Position numbers and translations under genes: made by a program | In this document: positions 1 to 9,795 of the stretch, in pieces | Position numbering within the stretch: the first letter of the stretch is position 1 | Layout of the letters: every line of letters begins with the position of its first letter | The notes under the pieces: model-generated | The model's database searches: none | The model's input: only the letters and a program-made list of their open reading frames with translations | Told to the model about the DNA's origin: nothing | NCBI GenBank assembly: GCA_025362055.1 | Contig: JANYIM010000183.1 | Location: forward strand, 8,972-72,971 | DNA length: 64,000 nucleotides | Direction of reading: 5' to 3' | From: Bacteroidota bacterium | Lineage (GTDB): Bacteria; Bacteroidota; Bacteroidia; Chitinophagales; Chitinophagaceae

Positions 1-2
1 AA

Positions 3-2338
3 CAAAATCTATATTTTGGAACCGGAGAAGCCTTTTTTAACGGAGATGCTGTAAGAGGAGTGGGTGTTTGGAAAAGTACAGATGGTGGAACAACATGGAA
101 TCAACTTGCTTCCACTACCACTTATTTAAGATGTGCAAAAATAGTTTGTGATGTATCGGGGAATATTTACCTGGCAGACAGGAATACTGGTATTCTCCGT
201 TCAATGAACGGAGGTACTTCCTGGACAAATATCACTCCTTCAAGTTCCGCGTCAGTGAGGGCCGCGGATATAGAGATCAGCAGCACCGGAAGAATGCATG
301 TGTCCATTGGCATCTTTGAAACAACCAGTTATTATTTTTACACTGATAATCCTTCAACAACCACTACTGCAGTATCTGCCGGAAACTGGCAAACAGCAAC
401 GACCGGATACCCTACTTCAAATGTGGACAGAACTGAGCTGGCCTGCTGGGGCACTACTCTTTATGCTTTACCTGTAACCAATACTTCTGATGATGTTCCC
501 ACAATTTATAAATCAATCAACGGAGGTGTTACCTGGGCCGCTACGGGCAGCACCCCTTCGTTTACAAGCAGCCAGGGATGGTATTGCCTCGCTATTGAAA
601 TTGACCCTGCCAATCCAAACGATGTGATTATAGGAAGTCTTGATTGTTATAGAACAGCAGATACCGGAAATACCTGGTCGCAAATTTCTACCTGGGTAGG
701 AACCACACCCGTAAATGAATATGTGCATGCCGACCAGCATATCATTAAATGGTATGATGGCGGCAATAAATTACTTATTGGTTGTGATGGCGGAATCCAT
801 TACTCCAGTGATGGCGGTTTCGCTATCAGTGACCGTAATAGTGGTTTACGCATTAAGCAATTTTATTCTTGTGCCATTCACCCTTCCACTACAAATTATT
901 TTTTAGCTGGTGCACAGGATAATGGCAGTCACCAGTTTTCAACTGCAGGCCTGGGTGCAACTGTTGAGGTAACGGGTGGTGATGGCGCTTTTGTAAAGAT
1001 CGATCAAAAAGCTCCGGCCAACCAATTCACATCTTATGTATATAATCAATACAGGCGAAGTACAAATAGTGGTGCTACATGGAGCACTACTAATTTGAGC
1101 AGTACTACGGGGCAGTTTATCAATCCTATCGATTTTGATACCGTGTCCACCATCATGTATTGTAGCAGCAGTGCCGGAACATACAGGAGATGGACCAATC
1201 CGCTTACTGGTACTACCAGTGTTGAAGTAGGCATTACCGCATTGAACAATAATTCCGTAACGGCTGTAACCGTGTCTCCTTATACAGGCAACCGGGTGTA
1301 TTTTGGGACTACTAACGATGTCGGAAGTACGAAGCTTTGTTATGTTGACAATGCCAATACTATTGCCAGTGGTTCTGCCGGTACCAATATCAATACAGGT
1401 TTACCTACCAATGTAACCACAGCCTGCGTTGCAGTAGGTACCGATGATCAGCATTTGATGGTATGCTATTCCAATTATGGGGTAGCAAGCGTATGGGTAT
1501 CCAGTGATGGGGGGAGTTCCTGGACATCACTGGATAATAATGGAGTTAATTTACCGGATATGCCTGTACGCTGGTGTATGTTTGTGCCAGGCAGTAATAC
1601 AAGCGCGATCATTGCTACAGAAGCAGGTGTATATGTTACCACATCTTTCTCCGGCACTACTACCCCTTGGTTTCCCAGTCCGTCTTCCCCACAGTGCGTA
1701 CCGACATGTTGCAATACAGAAGTTCGGATGGCTTAATTGCTGCGGCTACCCATGGCCGTGGTTTATGGACACAGCCTTATTATTCCGTTGTGCCTACCAA
1801 TAAATTTTTGTTACGCGGCAGGTGGCAGAACAATACAGCAGTTGAATTAGCCTGGGATTATGACGGGCTTGCACCAACAAGTACATTTGATATTGAAATG
1901 TCGGTTGATGCTTTACATTTTAACAAAGTTGGTACTGTTGCATATGGCGGGGCAAAGCCATATGATTTTATACATTCACCGGCACAAAAAAATATATTTT
2001 ACCGCATTAAAAGCAATGAACTAAATGGTGCCGGGCGATATTCCAACAGCATCAGGTTATCCAATGTACCCGGTAACAATAACCTGGTGATCCAACAGCT
2101 TTACCCAAACCCTGTTAAAAATGAATTGAATGTTTCTTTTACAATTGCAGAAAAAGGGCAAACGGTTTACCTTATCACTAACCTCGCAGGTCAAGCGATA
2201 TGGAGGAAGGAAGAAAATCTTTCCTTTACCGGTGCATATAATAAGAATTGGGATATGACGGGCATAAAACCCGGCGTGTATTTACTTACCATCCATTCGG
2301 GAGGAGAAAAAAGAACAATAAAATTTGTGAAGCAATAG
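3..2338 (+). CDS. Secreted BNR/Asp-box beta-propeller (VPS10/glycosyl hydrolase-like) protein with T9SS C-terminal sorting domain; 5'-truncated by the window, apparent frameshift at ~1685
   Basis: Frame is open from position 3 (QNLYFGTGEAFFNGDAVRGVGVWKSTDGG). Repeated S-x-D/N-G-G-x-T/S-W Asp-boxes, plus HADQH and GAQDNG. ORF 60..1736 joins ORF 1667..2338 (FPTVRTDML..AATHGRGLW..LYPNPVK..GVYLL..KFVKQ) if one base is added near 1685. Confidence 0.8.
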
Positions 2339-2456
2339 ATCCAGTAAGAAAGTGTAAAATTCAGGAGTTTGAGCATTCGGTACTAAAAAAAATGTAAAAC
2401 ATGAAAGCTATTCGGTTTTACATTTTACATTTATTATTCCTGCTCTTACATTTTGT

Positions 2457-2867
2457 TTACAGCCCTCTTCGCAATGGCCGCTGGTTAAGGCGCTGATTGC
2501 GTAACTTCTCCAGCAACCTGCTTTTAAATTCGCCATCCATTCTAAAAAAGCGTTCGCAACGATTAGGCCCCAATACCCGGTTAAAATTATCCTGGTATTT
2601 TTTCTTGATATTTAAGATCGCCTGTTGTTTCTCCAGTTCGGGCATGGTTTTATTAACCCCCTGCAGATCGGCTTCAAACTGTGTGTGTAAAGGCCAGAAT
2701 TTTTGAGCATCTTCAGGAGTCAACTTCAATTCCTGTGTGATATAAGCAACATAGAGTGCTTTAATTCTTTCCTGCTTTTTTGTTTCATCACCGGGCTGGT
2801 TATCCTGGGCCCTTAGTGCAGTAAAACTGCCTAAGAGTAGTGTGAATATGAGCAAATATTTTTTCAT
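2457..2867 (-). CDS. Exported helical protein associated with the ECF sigma operon (Spy/CpxP-like)
   Basis: Signal peptide; KALYVAYITQELKLTPEDAQKFWP motif; third gene of the sigma / anti-sigma cluster. Confidence 0.65.
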   Translation of the reverse strand: MKKYLLIFTLLLGSFTALRAQDNQPGDETKKQERIKALYVAYITQELKLTPEDAQKFWPLHTQFEADLQGVNKTMPELEKQQAILNIKKKYQDNFNRVLGPNRCERFFRMDGEFKSRLLEKLRNQRLNQRPLRRGL

Positions 2868-2877
2868 GATCGTGATC

Positions 2878-3771
2878 TTAATTTTTTGGGCTGTTTACAT
2901 TAATATTATCGAGGTATTTATCCAGCGCTTTTTCATCCATCATATAATCCGCCTGGCTGGGTAGATCATTTTCGTCAACACTATTATTAGCCGTATTAGC
3001 AACTAATGCTGCATTTACATCACTGCCGCTTGTCTCAAGATATTTTACAATATCAGCATCACTGACTTTTGCAAACTCTTCATCAAATCTATTTTCGTTG
3101 GCTATTTTTAACCCTTCTGCAACAGCCGGGTCAACATAGTTATTACTTGTATCTGTGAACTTAAAAACCCCCAATGCCATCATACCCGTAAACACGGCAG
3201 CCACAGCATATTTCATAAATGTGGTACTGCGCCTGCGCATCGTCACTACTTTCACGGGCTGAACCTTACTCAATATGGTATCGGAGAGGCCAGTAAAATA
3301 TCCTTTTGGTACTTCAAATACATTTTCGTTTTGAATGCTATATAACATCGGGGATAATTCCCTTAATTCTTCTGCAGCATTTTTATTTTGCTGCGCTTTA
3401 TTTAATATTGTGGCAGCCAGGCCAGCAAAATATCCTTTCGGTACTTCAAATACATTTTCATGTTGAATGCTGTATAACATCGGAGATAATCCCCTTAATT
3501 CATCTGCAGCATTTTCATGTTGCCCGGCTTTTATCTTCGCCATGATGGTATCCGCTAAACCATCAAAATAACCGGCAGGTACTTGAAAAGAACTTTGTTT
3601 GGAAAGATCAGTTAAAATGCCTGTTTCTTCTGCTTTAACTATCCTCATAACATATTCACCAAACCCTTCAAAATAACCGGGGGGAACAGTAAAAACATTT
3701 AGTTTTTCCATTCCGGCTATTAAAGGACTAAGTTCCTTCAGTTCGTTTAATATGTCGATCCTTGATTCCAT
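2878..3771 (-). CDS. Putative anti-sigma factor with repeated F-x-VP-x-GYF motifs and one TM helix
   Basis: Directly downstream of an ECF sigma. Four FxVPxGYF repeats followed by the TM segment YAVAAVFTGMMALGVF. Confidence 0.65.
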   Translation of the reverse strand: MESRIDILNELKELSPLIAGMEKLNVFTVPPGYFEGFGEYVMRIVKAEETGILTDLSKQSSFQVPAGYFDGLADTIMAKIKAGQHENAADELRGLSPMLYSIQHENVFEVPKGYFAGLAATILNKAQQNKNAAEELRELSPMLYSIQNENVFEVPKGYFTGLSDTILSKVQPVKVVTMRRRSTTFMKYAVAAVFTGMMALGVFKFTDTSNNYVDPAVAEGLKIANENRFDEEFAKVSDADIVKYLETSGSDVNAALVANTANNSVDENDLPSQADYMMDEKALDKYLDNINVNSPKN

Positions 3772-3804
3772 TATTGTACTAAGACCTGCTTATTTATTAA
3801 AAGT

Positions 3805-4356
3805 TTAATGATTCAGTATAAAATCCTCTATTTTTTTTACTGCATGATGATAGCTTGCTTTCAATGCTCCCTCACTGGTTTCCAACACCTTACTCATTTT
3901 TTCGTATGGCATTTCATCATAATAGCGCAGGTTGAATACAACTCTTTGTTTTTCAGGTAATTGCTGGATGGCTACCTGTAATTTCCATTCTAATTTATTG
4001 GCATCAAAGTGTTTATCTGCCTGCAGGCGGTTACTGAGGCCGGATTCTACATCACTCAGGGAGACCGAAGACCTTTTTTTCTGCTGCTCTAAAAAGCTCA
4101 GGCTTTCATTGGTAGCGATACGGTACAGCCAGGTGTACAACTGGCTATCTTCCCTGAAATTATCCAGGCCATTCCAAACCTTGATGAACATATTCTGCAA
4201 TACATCATTTGCATCTTCATGCTCTACTACCATTCTGCGGATATGCCAATATAGCTTCTCCTGGTATTTTTTTATGATGCGGGTGTAACCGGCTTCCTTT
4301 GTTGAAGGTTCCCGGAATTGGTCTAATAATTCTTTATCGTCTAAATGTTCGGCCAT
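3805..4356 (-). CDS. ECF-type RNA polymerase sigma-70 factor
   Basis: Region 2 DANDVLQNMFIKVW / FREDSQLYTWLYRIATN; region 4 LPEKQRVVFNLRYYDEMPY..LKASYHHA. Confidence 0.93.
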   Translation of the reverse strand: MAEHLDDKELLDQFREPSTKEAGYTRIIKKYQEKLYWHIRRMVVEHEDANDVLQNMFIKVWNGLDNFREDSQLYTWLYRIATNESLSFLEQQKKRSSVSLSDVESGLSNRLQADKHFDANKLEWKLQVAIQQLPEKQRVVFNLRYYDEMPYEKMSKVLETSEGALKASYHHAVKKIEDFILNH

Positions 4357-4482
4357 AGTAAGCGGATGAGCAGTAAAAATAAAAAAACCAATCGTAAGAT
4401 TAGTTTTTATGTGTAAAGTTTAATTAAAAGGTGGTAGTTTGTAGTACACCTTACCAACTTCGAACTACCAACTTATTCCCCT

Positions 4483-5436
4483 CTATTTCCTCGCCATCAC
4501 TCGTTCGGCTGCAGCAACAATATCAGGCGTATCCAATCCATATTTTTGTAAGAGGTCCATTGGCTTGCCACTTTCTCCAAATGTATCTTTTGTACCCACG
4601 TATTCTATCGGTATCGGGCAATGCCTGGCCGCAACCTGTGCAATGCTATCACCGAGTCCGCCAATGATATTATGCTCTTCTGCAGTAACGGCACATTTTG
4701 TTTTATTGATCGACGCGACGATCGCATCAACATCCAATGGTTTAATGGTATGAATGTTTATCACTTCAACACTAATACCTTTCTCCTGTAAGATCTTTCC
4801 TGCTTCAATGGCTTTCCAAACAAGGTGGCCGCAGGCAAAAATGCTGACATCGGTTCCTTCAGAAAGTTGTTGTGCCTCTCCTATCACAAAATCTGATTCA
4901 TTGGTAAAGATGGGCCAAACGGGGCGGCCAAAACGAAGGTAAACCGGGCCTTCATAATCAGCAATGGCCATAGTAGCAGCCTTGGTCTGGTTATAATCTG
5001 CAGGAACGATCACGGTCATGCCCGGTAACATTTTCATCAACCCGATATCTTCGAGTATCTGGTGTGTAGCACCATCTTCTCCCAAGGTTAGTCCTGCATG
5101 CGATGCGCAGATCTTTACATTCTTTCCGCTATAGGCAATGCTTTGCCTTATCTGGTCATACACTCTTCCCGTTGAAAAATTTGCAAATGTTGTTGTATAA
5201 GGGATCTTACCTCCAATTGTTAAGCCTGCGGCGATACCCATCATATTGGCTTCAGCGATACCGCATTGAATGAACCGTTCCGGGAATTCCTTGATAAAAC
5301 CATTCAATTTTAAAGAACCGGCAAGGTCTGCAGTAAGTGCAATTATATTTGAATTCCGGCGTGCTGCTTCCAGAATACCATCACCAAAACCGCTGCGTGT
5401 GTCTTTATTACCGGAAACCTGGATGTCGTTGAGCAT
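4483..5436 (-). CDS. Transketolase C-terminal subunit
   Basis: GIAEANMMG, GEDGATHQ, YLRFGR, TAEEHNIIGGLG motifs. Confidence 0.93.
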   Translation of the reverse strand: MLNDIQVSGNKDTRSGFGDGILEAARRNSNIIALTADLAGSLKLNGFIKEFPERFIQCGIAEANMMGIAAGLTIGGKIPYTTTFANFSTGRVYDQIRQSIAYSGKNVKICASHAGLTLGEDGATHQILEDIGLMKMLPGMTVIVPADYNQTKAATMAIADYEGPVYLRFGRPVWPIFTNESDFVIGEAQQLSEGTDVSIFACGHLVWKAIEAGKILQEKGISVEVINIHTIKPLDVDAIVASINKTKCAVTAEEHNIIGGLGDSIAQVAARHCPIPIEYVGTKDTFGESGKPMDLLQKYGLDTPDIVAAAERVMARK

Positions 5437-5554
5437 ATAATGAACCTGTTTTGTAAAAATATTTTAAGATGCCGCAAAGTAAAAGAAAGATTTGATTGAA
5501 TGCCTGCGCAGCTCAAAAAGTTGCTCACAAAGTTTTCAAACAGGCATGAAGGGC

Positions 5555-6313
5555 TTAATTGGAAATTTCGGAAGCGGTATAATATTTCATCCCCAGGCTT
5601 TTTATATAGGCAAACATTTTTAGTAAACGTTCCCTGGTAACACTGAGTGGTATGGCTGCATTTATATTATGTGCTACAAATACTGCACAGTCTTTGTTCT
5701 CAAATGCAGATTTTATGACCTGCATGATAACATCATCTGATCTTTTGCTGCTTTTATCGATCCCCAGGCCATAGAGCACATCATTTTTTTCTGTAGATGC
5801 AAGACTTTTGGTGAAGTCATTGGTACCATTCAATGCCCTAACGCTTTTAAAATAGCGTTGCAGCATTTTATCAGCAATTCCATTATGCGCTCCTGCAGGA
5901 TAGGCGAATGTAGTGGGATAAAATCCGTCGCGATTCATCAGTTTTAAGCCATCTTCTATTTCGCATTTCATGTACTCATCTAAACTATGCTTTTGCTTAT
6001 AAACATAGTCCATCATATTGTAATGGTTGGTGCTGTGATAGGCAATTTCGTGGCCATGGCTTTCAATGATCCTGATCTTATTTTTTTGATCAGCAGTAAG
6101 ACGGTTGTACCTACAGATATAAAAAGTAGCCCTAACGCCTGCAGAGTCGAGTAAGGGTAAATACTCTACCCAGTTATCAACATAATTATCGTCGAATGTA
6201 ATTGCTACGCCAGGGGCCTGAACAGCCCCGGCTTTTTCAAATTTTTTACAGCCCGCAAAAAATAATACCGTTAGCAGTAGGGTTATAAAAATCCCCGCAA
6301 ATCGTTTTGCCAT
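5555..6313 (-). CDS. Polysaccharide deacetylase (CE4/NodB) lipoprotein
   Basis: Lipobox FAGC; ITFDD, ATFY, GHEIAYHSTNH, FAYPAG motifs. Confidence 0.85.
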   Translation of the reverse strand: MAKRFAGIFITLLLTVLFFAGCKKFEKAGAVQAPGVAITFDDNYVDNWVEYLPLLDSAGVRATFYICRYNRLTADQKNKIRIIESHGHEIAYHSTNHYNMMDYVYKQKHSLDEYMKCEIEDGLKLMNRDGFYPTTFAYPAGAHNGIADKMLQRYFKSVRALNGTNDFTKSLASTEKNDVLYGLGIDKSSKRSDDVIMQVIKSAFENKDCAVFVAHNINAAIPLSVTRERLLKMFAYIKSLGMKYYTASEISN

Positions 6314-6398
6314 TGCAATAAATAAGTTAATTGAGCAAATTAAACAGGTAATTTATAGGAATTGAGCTTTGCGAGGATGGGCGAAGATAATGGAAATA

Positions 6399-7454
6399 TT
6401 AATTCAAATCGGGGTTTTGGGCCGGGAAAAAAATTTCGCCCTCTTTAAGCTTAAGTTCCCAGTTCCAGGCCGTACGCATCATGTCTTCCAGACTGTATCG
6501 CGGTGTCCAGCCCAGGAGCTGTTTTGCCTTGTCATTATTAGCATAAATGGCGATCACGTCGCCGGGACGTTTTGGCCCTGTACGGTAATTCAATTTCACC
6601 CCGCTTATTCTTTCAAATTCAGTGATCACTTCCAGCACACTAAAGCCGTTACCACTCCCCAAATTAAATACCGTGCATTTACTGTTATGCTGATCGCTAA
6701 GCAGGTAGTTGAGTGCGAGCGTATGAGCATGTGCGATATCACAAACATGAATATAATCTCTGATACAGCTACCATCTTTTGTAGGATAATCCGTACCCCA
6801 AACCTGCATGACCATCAGCTTGCCGATTGCCGTTTGGGTGATCGCAGGAACCAGGTTAGTTGGTTTGCCGAGGGGCATTTCACCGATGGCGGCAGACGGG
6901 TGTGCACCAACCGGGTTAAAATACCGAAGTAAAACAGATCGCATATCACTGCACTTAACGGCTTCCTGTACGATCTGTTCACCCATTTGTTTAGTGGCCC
7001 CATAGGGTGATTCAGCGGGCTTTTGCTGCGTTTCTTCCGTAACAGGGATATGATCCGGGTTGCCATATACTGTGCAGGAAGAAGAAAAAACGAAATGAGC
7101 TACATTGAACTCATCTGCACATTTTAAAATATTGATGAGCGAGTTAAGATTATTCTCAAAATATAGTAATGGTTTTTCAACCGACTCCCCTACGGATTTA
7201 AATGCTGCAAAATGAATAATGCCACTGATATCGGGGTTTTCCTGGAAAATGGCATAGGTATCATCATAGATACAAAGGTCTACCTTATAATTTTTTACTT
7301 TTTTGCCGGTTATCTTTTCAACACCATTTAAGATATGCTCATTGCTCCGCGAATTATTGTCAGCAGAGATCACTTCAAAGCCGTTTTCTATCAGGTCAAC
7401 AATGGTATGGCTTCCAATATAGCCGCAACCACCGGTAACTAATATCTTATTCAT
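6399..7454 (-). CDS. galE: UDP-glucose 4-epimerase
   Basis: ILVTGGCGYIGSH, IHFAAFKSVGES, YGATK, LRYFNPVGAH, RDYIHV. Start moved to MNKILVTGG (7454). Confidence 0.93.
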   Translation of the reverse strand: MNKILVTGGCGYIGSHTIVDLIENGFEVISADNNSRSNEHILNGVEKITGKKVKNYKVDLCIYDDTYAIFQENPDISGIIHFAAFKSVGESVEKPLLYFENNLNSLINILKCADEFNVAHFVFSSSCTVYGNPDHIPVTEETQQKPAESPYGATKQMGEQIVQEAVKCSDMRSVLLRYFNPVGAHPSAAIGEMPLGKPTNLVPAITQTAIGKLMVMQVWGTDYPTKDGSCIRDYIHVCDIAHAHTLALNYLLSDQHNSKCTVFNLGSGNGFSVLEVITEFERISGVKLNYRTGPKRPGDVIAIYANNDKAKQLLGWTPRYSLEDMMRTAWNWELKLKEGEIFFPAQNPDLN

Positions 7455-7554
7455 AGTACAAAGAAAACGAAAAATCACTCATCCTGATGAGTCATCTGAA
7501 AATGAGTAGTATCCCAGTTTAAAAAGCTCCGGGGTGGAGGAGCGAAAAATTTCT

Positions 7555-7646
7555 TGTCATCCTGAGTAACGAAGGGTATCAGTGAAAACATAAAGGTAAA
7601 TGAACCCAAATGATTGGGTTGAGATGCTTCGTTCCTTAGCATGACA
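7555..7646. repeat. REP-like inverted repeat pair
   Basis: TGTCATCCTGAGTAACGAAG (7555-7574) is an imperfect reverse complement of CTTCGTTCCTTAGCATGACA (7627-7646). Confidence 0.7.
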
Positions 7647-7715
7647 AACGCATTTTGATTGCCGAAATGACGAAGCTGGTGCACTACCTGTAAATGAAAT
7701 TATTCAGCACATCTA

Positions 7716-8924
7716 TCAAAAGAAAAAATGGACAACATAGTAAGTACCGGCAGCCAGTAAGCCGCTTACCGGTATTGTTAAAACCCATGCCCATAACAAG
7801 TTTACGGTAACGCCCCAGCGAACGGCAGATAAGCGCTTGGTAGCACCTACCCCAATGATGGAGCCGGTGATGGTATGGGTGGTACTCACGGGTATTTTCA
7901 AAGCCTCTGTCACAAATAAAGTGATGGCGCCGGCAGTCTCTGCAGCTACTCCTTCAAAGGGTGTTACTTTGGTTATGCGGGTACCCATTGTTTTCACAAT
8001 TTTCCAACCGCCGCTCATGGTGCCCAATGCAATGGCTGAGTAACAGGCGATGGGCACCCACCAAACCATATGATCTAATGTATATACTGCAGGGTTGTAG
8101 GCGATCAATGCCACCATGATGATACCCATTACTTTCTGGGCATCATTTCCACCATGGCCAATGCTGAAAGCTGCAGAAGAGACCAGCTGTAATCTTTTGA
8201 ACCAGGTGTTTGCACGGTTCGCATTCAAACTACTTAAGAATAATGTAAAAGCAGCCATGATCAAAAGAATGGATGATAATAATATCCATTTAAAATTTTT
8301 GGAAAAGAAAATAACTTTTAATGCGTATGAGTCGTAATGTGATTTTAATTTGGCGGGATCAAATTCGAGGTTGTAATATAAAAAGATCCCCACCAAAACA
8401 AAAACGGTGAACGCAATGATCCTGGGCATCCCTCCTTTTTTAAAAGAATGAATGAACCAGAGCGAGATAATAAATGCGATAATCATCCCAATGACCGGAG
8501 CCAGGAAGATAAAGGCAACTGTTTTGATGACGGGATCTGGATTGACTGTACTAAAGCCACCGTATGCGATGGCTGCACCGGAAAAACCACCGATCAATGC
8601 ATGCGATGAAGAAGAAGGTATACCAAACCACCAGGTAAAAAGATTCCAGAAAATGGCAGCTATTAGTCCGGAAAAGATCACTATCAACATATCATGACCG
8701 TGAACCACTTCCGTTTTTACAGTTTTGGCAATGGTATTGGCAACACCATGGTCCTTGAAAATAAAATAAGCAACAAAATTGAACAATGCGGCCCAGATAA
8801 CGGCCTGGCCCGGGGTTAGCACTTTTGTGGAAACCACTGTGGCTATTGAGTTTGCCGCATCATGAAAACCATTGATATAATCAAAGATCAGTGCCAGGCC
8901 TATGATAACTATCAGAAATGTCAT
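7716..8924 (-). CDS. pitA: Inorganic phosphate transporter, PiT family
   Basis: PiT signatures INGFHDAANS and HGGNDAQK; PSSSSHALIGG; PVSTTH. Confidence 0.93.
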   Translation of the reverse strand: MTFLIVIIGLALIFDYINGFHDAANSIATVVSTKVLTPGQAVIWAALFNFVAYFIFKDHGVANTIAKTVKTEVVHGHDMLIVIFSGLIAAIFWNLFTWWFGIPSSSSHALIGGFSGAAIAYGGFSTVNPDPVIKTVAFIFLAPVIGMIIAFIISLWFIHSFKKGGMPRIIAFTVFVLVGIFLYYNLEFDPAKLKSHYDSYALKVIFFSKNFKWILLSSILLIMAAFTLFLSSLNANRANTWFKRLQLVSSAAFSIGHGGNDAQKVMGIIMVALIAYNPAVYTLDHMVWWVPIACYSAIALGTMSGGWKIVKTMGTRITKVTPFEGVAAETAGAITLFVTEALKIPVSTTHTITGSIIGVGATKRLSAVRWGVTVNLLWAWVLTIPVSGLLAAGTYYVVHFFF

Positions 8925-8939
8925 ACAAAACTAATTTTG

Positions 8940-9010
8940 TGATTTGGTGATTTGATGATTTGATGATTTGGTGATTTGAATGCTCCTGAATCACCAAATC
9001 ATCAAATCAA
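8940..9010. repeat. Octamer tandem repeat (TGATTTGR)x5 with an inverted partner
   Basis: TGATTTGG/TGATTTGA at 8940-8979 followed by AATCACCAAATCATCAAATCAA. Related arrays at ~33347-33425, ~35590-35660 and ~36230-36320. Confidence 0.8.
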
Positions 9011-9026
9011 TTAATTTCCAAATCGT

Positions 9027-9674
9027 TTAAGCGTACTTTACAATTATAGATTCGATTACATTGGCGGCATCCTCGCACTTATCCGTAACAATCTCCATCA
9101 CCTGGTATATCTCTCTTTTCTTTATTACTTCTTTGGCGTCGGGTTCAGTAGCAAAAAGGCGTTCAATGCTCATGTCGAAAATATCATCGGCCTGGTTCTC
9201 AATACTGTTGATGGCAACCAGTGCATCTGTTATCTGGCGCATGTTCTTCATGTTCCGTAATTCCTTTACGGCGTTATCTACCTGTATGCAACCCAGTGCG
9301 ATCAGGTCGGCCATTTTATTAAAACCCATATCATTGGGATTCACCCTGTAAAAATTTATTTTTTTGGCAGAAGCATAAATATAATCAGCAATATCATCCA
9401 AAGCGGTAGCCAGGTAATGAATGTCTTCGCGATCGAAAGGAGTAATAAAATTCTTCCCCAATTCCGTAAATATCTTATGCGTGTAATCGTCATTTACATG
9501 TTCCATATCCTCCACTTCCTGGATAAGCTGCGCCCTTTTATCAAAGTCGGGTTCGTTCACTATGTCTTTTAATTTTTCGCCCATTGTTACCAATACACCG
9601 GATACGCTTTCAAATAATTGAAAGAATACCCTGTCTTTTGGTAAGAAGATCTTTAGAATTGAATTCAGTGCCAT
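9027..9674 (-). CDS. DUF47 family phosphate transport regulator (PhoU-like fold)
   Basis: FITPFDREDI, LDDIAD, IENQAD, DKCEDAANV motifs; upstream of pit on the same strand. Confidence 0.92.
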   Translation of the reverse strand: MALNSILKIFLPKDRVFFQLFESVSGVLVTMGEKLKDIVNEPDFDKRAQLIQEVEDMEHVNDDYTHKIFTELGKNFITPFDREDIHYLATALDDIADYIYASAKKINFYRVNPNDMGFNKMADLIALGCIQVDNAVKELRNMKNMRQITDALVAINSIENQADDIFDMSIERLFATEPDAKEVIKKREIYQVMEIVTDKCEDAANVIESIIVKYA

Positions 9675-9745
9675 GAGTATATATTTCCGGCAAAAATAGA
9701 ATTATTGATTTGGCGGTTATCAGTCAAAAAAATGATAATAATAAC

Positions 9746-9763
9746 TTAACATTGAGGTAACAA
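9746..9763 (+). promoter_or_regulatory. Putative Pho box (2 repeats) upstream of the porin
   Basis: TAACA at 9747 and 9758, 11 bp apart. Confidence 0.55.
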
Positions 9764-9795
9764 TTATTTCTTATTACATTGCTGAAAATTTTATC

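Noticed and set aside
6369-6932. 187-aa + strand ORF and the many other 60-150 aa ORFs antisense to clear genes
   Set aside because: Shadow ORFs of well-supported genes, with no motifs.
7475-7684. 69-aa minus-strand ORF between pit and galE
   Set aside because: It overlaps a REP-like inverted repeat and has no recognisable protein features.
8940-9010. Tandem repeats as a possible CRISPR array or iterons
   Set aside because: 8-nt units without spacers; the same type recurs in several intergenic regions (33.35, 35.6, 36.2 kb).
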